Shown here one piece after another: positions 52,454-64,000 of a stretch of 64,000 nucleotides of DNA; positions within the stretch are counted from its first letter, which is position 1; every line of letters begins with the position of its first letter. Source of the stretch: Octopus vulgaris (taxonomy: Eukaryota). The position numbers and the translations under genes were made by a program. The notes beneath the pieces were generated by a model. The model was not told where the DNA came from and ran no database searches. It saw nothing but the letters and a program-made list of their open reading frames with translations. Where the stretch lies: contig OX597828.1 of NCBI GenBank assembly GCA_951406725.2, forward strand, positions 76,260,001 to 76,324,000. Direction: 5' to 3'.

Positions 52454-52582
52454 CTTCTTCTAGTTTCCACTCACAAGGCTTTCGTCGACCCGAGGCTATA
52501 CTAGAAGACACTTAACCTGGATGCCTCTCAGTGGGACTGAACCCGGAAGCAAACTACCTGACACACAGCCACGCCTCTGCCT
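52295..52582 (-). mobile_element. Degenerate copy of the 15515 SINE family
   Basis: ttgtcaagcgatgacaggggaacaaac...cactcacaaggc...cagtgggactgaacccggaa...cacagccacgcc. Confidence 0.75.
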
Positions 52583-52601
52583 ATATATATGCGTGTGTGT
52601 G

Positions 52602-52643
<42 letters not shown>

Positions 52644-52655
52644 TGTGTGTGTATG

Positions 52656-52710
<55 letters not shown>

Positions 52711-53828
52711 TTATGCCTTATTCAGTTTATTGTGCTTCAATACATGTAAAATTAATTAGGAAATTAGAATTAGTGATTAAAGATACTGTCATTTGGAACA
52801 TGATGTTGTATTTCTCAGATAAGCCATATTGATAAATATCTCTGATTAGTTTTACTGTTTCTTTTCTCACAAAGAGAACATTTCCTGATTTCATATAAAA
52901 TTAGCATTTTTTAATTTTCAATTCTAAATATATTTGTGTAAATGCGTATTTGATTTTTTTTTCTATATCGTATTAAATGTATATTTGCGTTGAACATACT
53001 TCAGTTGGAACTGTTACAAATATATAATTCTTCTTTTATCTTGGAATCATGGTTTTCAGAAACTTTTGTACGACACACGATGGAAAGAGCTGAAGAATTA
53101 CCATTTAAAGAGCATCTGATTGCACCAATGCCACCATAATCTGTAGTGCCGAGCGAAACTATTGAGGTTGTACAAGCTCTATTGCTGAGATGTGGTTTAA
53201 GATGTAATGAAATGACTATAATTTGCGTTTATGATATTCCTGTAAGTATATGTTTTACGAAAGGTATATCTATTAAGATCCATAAGCTTTATATAGGCAC
53301 TTTTAAAATAAGATAGCAGACCCACATCATTCATCAGTTATTCACAACTTCACTATAGCTCATCAATAATTAGATGTTCCTGTTTAAAATGGAAGATATT
53401 ACGCATGGAAATCCTCGCAAACAAACTCAGTGGATGAAATGACGCATGCACAGAAGATGGTAGACGTGCGAGGGATCGAACTGAATACGCTTCTCAGATT
53501 TACAAGTTTGAATGTATCTCAATTCAAATCTGTTTACGAACAAATATTCATCAAATTAAGATCATTTTAATTGTTCCACACACTCACTGGCCACTTTCGC
53601 ACTTTCTTCCCTCACAAAATTACTTTCTCTGTCTCTTTTCACTTCCAGTCTCTTCAACAATGTAACTACATACGTTCTGGTGGTGATTTTTTTAATTTGG
53701 ACTTTTCGCTTTCCCGTTATATGCTCGATACGTCAAATTCTCTTTCTTTTTACCGCGCGTCAAGCTAGAACCTTCTATGAATTCTGTTTGTTTATTATTG
53801 TAATCTTTACTGTTCGTTTATCGATTTG

Positions 53829-54029
<201 letters not shown>

Positions 54030-54312
54030 CATATATATCAGAAATGTAATGAAAATTTAAATATTCCAAATTCTGAATTATCCCTCTTTATCCCATCTTC
54101 TCTTATTCAAATCTTTTATATAAACTCAGCGGACATTTACAGATTTCTATATTTATATCCAATGTGATAGCATTTGGTTGCCGATACCCGTTGAGGAGCT
54201 TTGGCAATCACACTATGATGTTCTTGCCCATATAATATGTATTATTATTTCAGTGTAAATTTACTGCACTCTGAATCTGTGCACCTCGTTTATTCCATTT
54301 CGTTTACAACCC

Positions 54313-54600
54313 TGTTGTGGTGAAATCCTGACACACATGTGAGATAGCAATTCAACTGTCCTAAATTGTATAAAGACGCATGCGCACTGTCAGTGAGAGA
54401 CAGTGTGGTTGGTTCCGGTGCTTTATGAAGGCAGTAGTGTAAGTCGTGGAGAATAGATATTGTTTGTTACGTGTTGTTTCTGATTTATATTTGTATTGTT
54501 ATAACCTTGCTATAAGTGCACGTTATAAAGTGGCGTATACATTGTGTTCAAAAGAGGTCATAACTGTGGACGAGACACAAAAAAAACCAGCAAACATGTC
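54313..54600 (+). mobile_element. Possible decayed Gypsy-type LTR with PBS remnant
   Basis: Starts TGTTGT, contains TATAAA, then AAC-TGTGGACGAG (resembles a TGGCGACGAG PBS) and a nearby ATG. No second LTR seen. Confidence 0.3.
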
Positions 54601-54804
54601 CAGTAAAATCTGCATTTTACTTCGCTACCGTAAATAGCCAGCAAACGGTGGAGAGTATCTTCTCGCAAATTTGTATGAGAGCATTAAAGTGATAGGCACG
54701 GTCATGTGGTATGAGGTTCGCTTCTCATATACATGCCTGTAGTTCCATCTCACTGCACGGCACATTGGAGCAATGTATTTTGCCATAGTCAAGATTAAGG
54801 GGGT

Positions 54805-55000
54805 TAAATAACAGAATCGGTAGCGCTTTGGGCAAATTGCTGAGCGGCGTTTCGTCCGTTTTTATGTCCTGAGTTCAAAACCTGCTGGGTTCAACCTAAC
54901 CATTCATCCTTTCGGGATCGATAAAATAAAGTTTCTGTGAAGTATTGGGCTCTATATAATCGATTTGACCCTCTCCCCAAATTCTAGGTCCTGTGCCTAT
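54805..55000 (+). mobile_element. Degenerate copy of the 9939 SINE family
   Basis: cagaatcggtagc...ctgagttcaaaa...cattcatcctttcgggatcgataaaataaag. Confidence 0.7.
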
Positions 55001-55342
55001 TGCAACGGGTCAACGTCATTAGTGAATTTACTTCACAGGAGTATGTCTACTACATATACATGCGTGAGTATGTGCCTCGGGTTGGGTGTATGGGTCGGGT
55101 GGAGTGAACAAATGTACTGCATCGAATACAAAAGGTTTATGTTATTTGCTTCCGTTCGGGCTATTTCCCCTTTTATGCTAAGTTGATCTAGCGATTCATT
55201 TCTTAAGAGACTGACAAGATAATCACCAGACAAGTTACTGCTGTTCACATAATCAACAAATTCCCGTAAAATACAATGAAAAAAAGAGAAGACAAGTATT
55301 CTAGCAAGAGACGTGAGATGAACATAATTATTGGTTTGCAAT

Positions 55343-55533
55343 TACGGTAGAAGGCCAGAAATTTCGAGGGAGGTGATAATTCGATTACATCGATCCAAGT
55401 GCTTAACTAGTACTTGCTTTATCGACTCCGAATGAATGAAGGGCAAAGTCGACAGCGGCGGAATTTGAACTGAGATCCAAAGGGCGCTAAGCAATTTGCC
55501 CGGCGTGCTAACGAATCTGCCAGCGATCCGCCT
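55343..55533 (-). mobile_element. Copy of the 9939 SINE family
   Basis: ggcaaagtcgacagcggcggaatttgaactgag...cccggcgtgctaacgaatctgccagc. Confidence 0.8.
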
Positions 55534-55805
55534 TACATAATTATTGAAAATATTTATATTCCAAATCATTCAAATGCTTCTGTTGGCTTTCATCCCTCTG
55601 AAGTAACAGCTAAGCAGAGAGTTTTAATAATCTGTTAATACCGCTCCTATTCCAAAACTTGGAAACAGTATTCTTCATGATCACGTGCCTAGATTTAATT
55701 CCTGACAATCGATGGATTTCCATATATGTTTCTATGAATTCGATTATATGAAAAATAAAAAAAATATAAAAAATAGGAAGACTACTTCGCGCACTCGCAA
55801 TCATC

Positions 55806-55846
<41 letters not shown>

Positions 55847-55880
55847 TTTCTCCCCACATTTTCTGCATAATGGATTGTTT

Positions 55881-55956
55881 CTAATTAATTTACTCAATCC
55901 TAATTAATTCACTCAATCCTAATTAATTTTCTCGATCCTAATTAATTTAGGATTGA
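55881..55956. repeat. 19-bp tandem repeat (CTAATTAATTTACTCAATC) x~3.5 with terminal inversion
   Basis: Units start at 55881, 55900, 55919 and 55938; the array ends AGGATTGA, the reverse complement of TCAATCCT. Confidence 0.85.
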
Positions 55957-56949
55957 ATTCCTCTTCGTCATTTAGATTCCTTTTCTTTTCTCTTACTCTT
56001 CCATAGATTTACCCTCTTTTCTCTTACTCTTTCCTCTTACTCTCCCACTGCTTCACCCTCTCGATTTCCTCAGTCGACAAACCGCCATCTTAAAATCAGA
56101 TCGAGCTGGAGCAGGTCTGTTCTTCCGATCCTCTTGCAGCTCCTCAGCTGGAGCTTCATAGCAAAGTCAATTAATCATCGGTGGCTGAATTCCTTTATCT
56201 GCCAATAGGTACCTTAATTAGTCCTCAGCTACAGGTGTTATTTACAAAATGGCGATCTGGTTACTTTATTCTATTATTTCGCTTTACACACATTCCGCTT
56301 TAATAAATGAAAGTCGATAATCCACTTTAAGTCCACATGTTATCATGTTCTTGCTCTTACGGTTCACATGACAATGTTGGCTTTGTTATTGCTATTGTCA
56401 TTTTTATTGCCATAAAATTAGCTACCGATGCCGTGGCTGCTGCTTTTCTACAATTTTTCCTTCTGTTTTTCCCATTACATTTTCTAATTTCTTGTATAAT
56501 TATTAGACAGGTAACGGATTGACCGTAGAATCAATTAATCATCGGAAACTATTGCGCATTTTCACATTTAGTCACTTCTCTGTTCGGCCTGATTTCGGAT
56601 AACATACGGATCGACTCTTCATTTCTTGCTCCTGGGATCAATAAAATATCAGCTAAATTATTTCAACTTGTAATGCAGCATCAAGTGTACTTTTAATGCT
56701 TTTGATAAGTGAGCACGATTGGTTTTTGAGCCAGTTTACCGACGCAGAGTAGAAAGGTTGTACGTTCAACATCGAATTACAGGCTGTTTTTCTTCTTTTT
56801 TTTAGCTGTTTCTGATAATATTTTGAGTTTTGTTTGTTTGTTAAAGAGAATATGCACAAAATGGGTTGTATGTCCATATTGACGGGTGATTATACAGAAA
56901 TGCCCAGGGGTCAGCTAAGGTAATTTCGTTTATTCATTTCATCCTTTAT

Positions 56950-57144
56950 TCTTTTTCTTGTTTCATTCATTTGAGAGCGACCATGATGGGGCACCGGCTG
57001 GGAGGGGGGTGCAGTTGATTAAATCGAGGTCAGGATTTATTTTTTAATCCTAATACTTATTATATCGGTCACTTTTGCCGTAGCGCTAAAGTACGAGGAC
57101 GTTAACACACCAACACCAGTTGATATATAATACACACACACAGA

Positions 57145-57186
<42 letters not shown>

Positions 57187-57345
57187 ACCCATACGCCCAC
57201 ACACCGATACCTGCGCCTCCACACATGCCTGCTTCCCAGCTACATAGTTCTGCCTCCGGTCACACTGCGTGGCATCTTGGGCAAGCGTCTTCTAAAGCCT
57301 TGTGAGTGGATTTGGTAAACGGATACTGAAAGAAACTCATCGTAC
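56950..57345. mobile_element. Rearranged pieces of the 15515 SINE family (3' half on -, 5' body on +)
   Basis: ttcttgtttcattcatttga...aacacaccaacaccagtt (-); cactgcgtggcatcttgggcaag...gccttgtgagtggatttggtaaacgg (+). Confidence 0.65.
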
Positions 57346-57347
57346 AT

Positions 57348-57382
<35 letters not shown>

Positions 57383-57393
57383 GAGAGAGATAG

Positions 57394-57471
<78 letters not shown>

Positions 57472-57476
57472 CATAC

Positions 57477-57518
<42 letters not shown>

Positions 57519-57523
57519 GTATG

Positions 57524-57566
<43 letters not shown>

Positions 57567-58804
57567 ATATACGAAATGCGAAAACTACTTTCTGCATGTC
57601 AGTGTGTCACACTTCTTCAACTTTACTCCTAGAGGCCGTAGCCTAACATATCATACCATTTTGGAATCAGGCTGACTCCGTGAATAAATTGAAAATATTC
57701 CGGGCCGAAGCCGGACCCACATTCCGGGGACTTGGGATCCCCAGGATTTCATTCCTGTGATTGTTTTCGGCGAGTTTTTAAGTGACTTTTGCGACAATTT
57801 TTTTAGTACAATAACAATTTTTATAATCTAAAGCCTAACTTCGCGTGTAAATTAAAAACATTCAAGGCCGAACCCGGACCTCAAAACCTGAAATTGTGGA
57901 TTCCAACTGCGATTGTTTCCGGCGATTTTTTTACATGATTTTTTGCGATGATCGTCATTAGGATATGATTTTGGAGGAAACAAGTGCAACAAATTCACTA
58001 AAACAAGTCAGAGATCTGTTTTCAGATCTTCCCATTCGGGTACAGATGCTTAAAAGGTATCTATTAGCTTAAGCGAGTATATTTATACGTGGAACTATGT
58101 TGGGAAGCATGCTCCTTACAGCACTGTCACGCCTGCACCTCCAGAAAGTCACGTCCACGCCTGCACACAGCCATACCTGCGCCTCTACACAGCTACGCCT
58201 GCGCCTTTCTTTAACTTTTATTTTATGAGTGGGTTTTATAAAGCCGGAAAACCAGTGGTCATCATTTTTCTGTGTATCTTTCTTCAATAATCAACATTAT
58301 CCGGTTGTGCGAGTTGCCCGAGTCAAAGTGACCCTTCCGTGCCAAACGTCTACATAGAGCGATGCGGCAAAAATGTCTCGCCTAGTTTTTCTCACTGTAG
58401 GTCTTTCGCTATCAGAATTATCTGATTTGTGCGACTACAAATGAGCAGGTGTCATCTGACATAAGTTGTTGGTCGATTTTGGTAGAAAGCTTTGGTAGTA
58501 TGTCGTTGCTACACAAATTCCTTCGGTTTTCAGCTTTGAGAATTCAACTTCTCATATATAGTCGAGGTTTTACAATATCTACTTCTTCTATCGCTGTTAA
58601 ATATAACCGGAAGGCGGCCATCTTCAGTGCCTACACCTAACACCACCACCCCGGTTGTGTTTGCGTCTCAGCATCACGTTCCGTTATCTAATTTTTATTT
58701 TATATTATATCTTTTTTTATCTTATATTTCATTTATATAAGTTTTAGATTTTGTAATAATTTCTTACATTACTGACAATGTTCCATATCCGCGGCCATAA
58801 AATA

Positions 58805-58805
<1 letters not shown>

Positions 58806-58851
<46 letters not shown>

Positions 58852-58942
58852 GTAGTAGTAGTAGTAGTTGTAGTAGTAGTAGTAGTAGTAGTAGTAGCAG
58901 TAGTAGTAGTAGTAGTAGCAACAGTAGAAGTAGTAGTAGTAT
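58806..58942. repeat. (TTA)n-(TAG)n compound microsatellite
   Basis: Directly visible. Confidence 0.95.
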
Positions 58943-59209
58943 TGTTGCTGTTTGAGTTTTGTTTCTGTCGTATGTATTACTAGCAGTGTTTTAATACAGC
59001 AAACATAGACACTCAAACGTAGACATATTCACATACATATCCCTACATCTACACACACACACACACATATGTATGTATGTACGTATCTATTGTGCATATG
59101 TATATGTATGTATATATATATACATATTCATATATATATGTACACATACATATATGTATATACACTATGTACGTATATATGTGTGTGTGTGTATCTATCT
59201 ATCTATCTA

Positions 59210-59473
<264 letters not shown>

Positions 59474-59736
59474 GAGTGAACGAGACAGAGAGAGAAAGAG
59501 AGAAAGAAAGAGATTGACAAAGACGACAGAATGGGTGAAGGGTTAGAAATATCTGAGCAGAGACGGCAATAACCGCGAGACACGGACACAGACGAAATGG
59601 TAAGCTGCGAGACGGAGAGAATTAAAGGAATCTAAAAACTATGGCATTCCTTTGATTCCAATGCAAATACACTCTTTATTCGGATTCTTTTACGTCCGCT
59701 TCATATTTTTATTATTACCCCATATAAATGCCGCTG

Positions 59737-59787
<51 letters not shown>

Positions 59788-59967
59788 TTACTACTACTAC
59801 TACTACTATTACTACTACTACTTTGATTATATTCCATTATTATTACCAGAATATTTTTTTCACCCTCTCCACACTCGTCCATTTATTTATTCTAATTGTG
59901 GCAATTTTAATCAATTTCTTGCCTCTGATTCTGTTGTCAAAGAAATCGATATATATATATATATGTA

Positions 59968-60003
<36 letters not shown>

Positions 60004-60070
60004 TGTATGCATGCATATATATATATATACATACATATACATATGCAAATGTATATATATGTTTAAATAT

Positions 60071-60128
<58 letters not shown>

Positions 60129-60152
60129 ACAAATACATATATATAAATATGA

Positions 60153-60199
<47 letters not shown>

Positions 60200-60700
60200 C
60201 ATGTATATGTATATATATATATATACATATACATATAGTCACAAGCACACGGAAATGTATGTACATATATGTGTGTCTATACATACATAAGCACACACAC
60301 ACACATATATATACACATAGAACCGTGTGCGTGTGTGCATAGTGCTGGATGCGATGGCCAAATAGTCGTCTGTTAGAATTTTAATGGTCTTAGAAGAGCG
60401 CAACAGTGAATCAATATCAGTGAAATAAAGAAGTATTTGTAAAAATCCCGATCAACACCGCCGCCATATTTGATAATACATAAGAGGAGGAGTGGGAGCG
60501 GGAATGGGAGGAGGGAGGGGAGTAAAACTACTTCAATTGTTTTTTTTTTTAATTTTTGTTTCTCTTTAGTTTTGCTTTTCTAATTTCTTTCCACAGTTTT
60601 CTCTTCGCAAATCTCCTTCCGTCTTTCCTTCCCACATTTCTAACTCACTCGTCTTTATTAATTTCTCTCTTTCATTCGCTTCTCCCCTTCTTTCATTTTT

Positions 60701-60747
<47 letters not shown>

Positions 60748-61799
60748 ACTTATCTTCTTTTTCTTCTTCACCCCTTCTTCCGTCTTTCTTTCTTCACACT
60801 TATCTCCTCTCTTTCTCTCTCCCTTTCATTCTATATTTCTTCATTTCTCTCTCACTTCATTGTCGTTGATTTCCTTTTACTTCATTTTTATTCTTCTTCG
60901 TTCGGAACTCAATTTCATTCACCGGAATCTTTCATTCCTTTTGACCATCTTCACTTTTTCTTTTTAAACACCCCTTCACTCACTCACTCACTCCACCTTT
61001 CACTCTCTCCCCTCACTCCTTTCTACACGCTTCTTACACTCCCCCTACCATTTCCTCCTACCTTCTTCTCATCCATTCATACATTCACAGACCTTCACAC
61101 ACGTAACAGCGATGACGTAGTTTCCAAGCTTCTTCTCCTCACAAACGCTTCCCCAGTATTTATCTTCCTTCACTCTCTCTCCCTCTCCCCTCCCCCCTCT
61201 CTCTCTCTCTTGTCTTCTTTACTTTCTCTTGTTCACAGTTGATTACTATCACCTATGATGACAATTGCAATGCATTTGTGTCTTAGAATGGCTTTCCTTG
61301 TTGACATGCATCCACACCCCTGCACACACACACACACACACACACGCACACACATAATGAGTAGTATAAAGCAATGGATCCAGAGAATCTTGTGGCTATC
61401 ACAAAAAGCTCTTCTTTCGGAATCGGCTAACAGTCAACATTACATTCTATGACAAAGAAGTCCAATATGGATTGTTAATGTAATGTAAACGCCAGAAGAT
61501 CAGATCGATCGATGAAATTATATCATGAGTAGTATACAAAACCACAAAATCAGAGTTTATGGGCGGTGAACATATATTTTACCACGTGACATACGTAACT
61601 TCCATAGCGTTACGGCCGTTTCACAGCCGTCTTCGTACAGTATTGATGTCTTCCATGCTGACATTAATATTGAATGGATAGGGTTGCCAAAACAATTTGC
61701 AAGCTCTTTAAACAGAAAACCTTTGTGTTAATCTGGACAAAAATGCTGTAAACACTTATGGAATGCTTCGAAATCCTTAAAGATTTGCTTGTATGAACC

Positions 61800-62230
61800 G
61801 AGAATGTCTTTCCACCTGAACAAGAGGCCAGGAAATGTGAGTCCACCGGAAAGCTCGTGGTTATCCGGCTTTTTTTCTACAGACACGTCATCATATACCT
61901 CTATGGATTCCAGACGGCCAACAAAGAGTACGTTGTTGAGAGTTTCAATGTGCCAACGCATAAAGACGGTTTTCTTCTGCTCAGGTCCGTGGAACCCACA
62001 GCAGAACAGTGCACCAGTCCACAGTCCCATCCTGGTAACCAACTACCTGATCGATATGGGCATCAAAACTACCCCTCCTCCTTACTGACCTGTCGGTACT
62101 CCTTTTAACTTTTGTTCGTTCCCGAAGCTGAAGAAAATGAAAGAGGTTGTAACAAGGATAATGGCCACTCATTTAAAAATACTTCGATGGCACATTCACG
62201 AGGTGGCAGGAAAGCACCTTCAAGTATACT
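61800..62230 (+). mobile_element. Decayed mariner transposase, catalytic-domain fragment
   Basis: FF..VIIY...QTANKEYVVE...SGPWNPQQNSAPVHSPILVTNYLIDMGIKT.PPPY, matching the mariner HQDNAP...HPPYSPDL region. Confidence 0.75.
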
Positions 62231-62319
62231 AAAGTCAGCATTCTCTGTGGGATAAGCCCGCTGTAGATCAGGCTTACGCCGTTAGAAGCTACTTGATGCG
62301 ACCCTCAGGCATTAGTCTA

Positions 62320-62548
62320 CCGATTCCGTCGTCTATTGAGGTCGTACTGCCACGTGGTGCGACTTTGTTTTGCAGTGCTCCTCCCCTGTTCGTCGATTTT
62401 TGCGACGGATGAAACGAACGAACAACGTGCTTCTGTGAAATTCTGTGTCCTTCTGGGAAAAACGGCGGCCGAAAACGTTGTCATGCTTCAAACAGATTCA
62501 AAGGACGCTGCCATGAGCAAAACACAAGTTCACGAGTGATTTTTGTGC
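62320..62548 (+). mobile_element. 5' fragment of a mariner element (N-terminal HTH)
   Basis: EQRASVKFCVLLGKTAAENVVMLQTDSKDAAMSKTQVHE*F. Confidence 0.85.
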
Positions 62549-62555
62549 GTTAGGA

Positions 62556-62665
<110 letters not shown>

Positions 62666-63147
62666 TCAGTTAGAGGTTATGCCAGCTTCATGAATAGTTG
62701 ACGTCATCCCAGGAAATACTGGTTCAATACCTAATATTCTGGAGGAATTGATTTCCTTAAAACAATAGGTAAGTATATACACTAAAGTTTATATTGATGT
62801 AGAGGAAAAGAAGAAAATGAAGATTGTGAATTCGATAAGAGTTAATAAGGCATAATGATCGATTTGTTGTTAATAAACTTCACGGTCTCCATCTTCTTCT
62901 TCCTATATATTCATTCATTTATTTATTTATTCATTTATTTATATATTTACGACGAGTTTGAACAAAATTTCTGTCTACGAAATTCACTTACAAAATATTT
63001 GTTTACCTGGGGCTACAGTAGAAGGCAGCTGTCCAATGTGCTGTGCAGTGGGACTGAACCTGAAACAACACAGGTACAAATCGAGCTGCTTAAATATCAA
63101 CCTCTACTCGCATAAAGTTCATATTTTCTATCTTCAGTGAAGTATAA

Positions 63148-63400
63148 GCGTGGCATGGTGGTTAGGGTGTCAGCATCATGATCGTAAGATTGTGGTTTCG
63201 ATTCCTGGACGGGGCGACGTGTTGTGTTCTTGAGCAAAACACTTCATTTTACGTTACTCCAGTCCACTCAGCTGGCAAAAAGGAATAACGCTGCGATGGA
63301 CTGGCGTCCCGTCCAGCTGGGGAACACATACGCCATTGAAACCGGGAAACCGGGCCCATGAGCATGGCTAGGCTTTAAAAGGGCGCATTTATTTATTATA
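63148..63400 (+). mobile_element. tRNA-derived SINE related to 5727-6036, with 8-bp TSD
   Basis: TGGCATGGTGG A box, GTTTCGATTCC B box, CTGCGATGGACTGGCGTCCCGTCCAG core, (TTTA)n tail. AAGTATAA at 63140-63147 and 63401-63408. Confidence 0.85.
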
Positions 63401-63627
63401 AAGTATAATAAATTAAAAATCATTTAGGATCCTAGAATAACCTCATTCACATTTCATCTTTACAAATCTTATTTTATCATGACACAGTGGAATCTAACTG
63501 ATTCATCCTCACAAACTTTTATTTTCATTACTGATATGGTAACCTAAGTTTATTTGTGGAAAGCAGTTTTTAGATAAATCTATTTTTTTCTTTTTGCAAA
63601 CTCACCAAACTATTCCTGGTTTAGGTT

Positions 63628-63933
63628 TGGTCTCGTACTCTCTGTTACGACAACGACGGTTCCAGTTGATCCGATCAACGGAACAGACTGCTCGTGGAAT
63701 TAACGTGCATGTAACTGAGCACTCCACAGACACGTGTACCATTAACGTAATACTTATGGAAACTCAGCCTGACACAGAGTATGATAAGGGTGGCTCTTTG
63801 AAATACAGATGTTACTCATTTTTGCCAGCAGAGAGGACTGGAGCAACGTGTCTTGCCCAATGACACAACACGTCGCCGGGAATTGAACTCATGATTTTAC
63901 GATCGTGAACTGCATATATCGCAGCCACCAGGC
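63628..63933 (-). mobile_element. tRNA-derived SINE with a similar head but different 3' body
   Basis: Minus strand: GAGTTCAATTCCCGGCGACGTGTTGTGTCATTGGGCAAGACAC...TGCACGTTAATT...GTTGATCGGATCAACTGGAACC. Confidence 0.75.
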
Positions 63934-64000
63934 TGATCGAAACTACTAAAATAGTAACAGTGGGAGCCCAGAAAATGACGATAACATGAAAGAAAATGAC

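Noticed and set aside
60556-61242. 228-aa hydrophobic ORF resembling a membrane protein
   Set aside because: Translation of CT-rich low-complexity DNA, with F/L/S bias and no ATG start.

Overview
AT-rich, microsatellite-saturated eukaryotic non-coding DNA. The repeat repertoire resembles octopus/cephalopod DNA; that assignment is an inference from pattern recognition, not a database result. I found no intact host protein-coding gene, and nearly all ORF-track entries are translations of (TA)n, (TACA)n, (CA)n, (GA)n, (TAG)n or (TAA)n. Supported content: an RPL36A (eL42) processed pseudogene with a TSD, R4/Dong-type and RTE LINE fragments, a Penelope-like element (GIY-YIG endonuclease ORF plus 3' region), two DD37D (maT) transposons, mariner, pogo-like and hAT remnants, and many tRNA-derived SINEs. 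The most interesting signal is a set of short non-coding elements, mostly next to (TA)n, that carry type-I minimal hammerhead-ribozyme folds with non-canonical cores: CCGAUGA/CCGACGA, CUGUUGA and a compensatory G3-C8 swap. Three of these loci have an inverted segment on the 5' side, and two are partial tandems of about 350-400 bp, resembling Penelope-mobilised or retrozyme-like elements. Four inverted repeats centred on (TA)n tracts also occur, one a perfect 128-bp palindrome. All RNA folds were assigned by eye and are untested.
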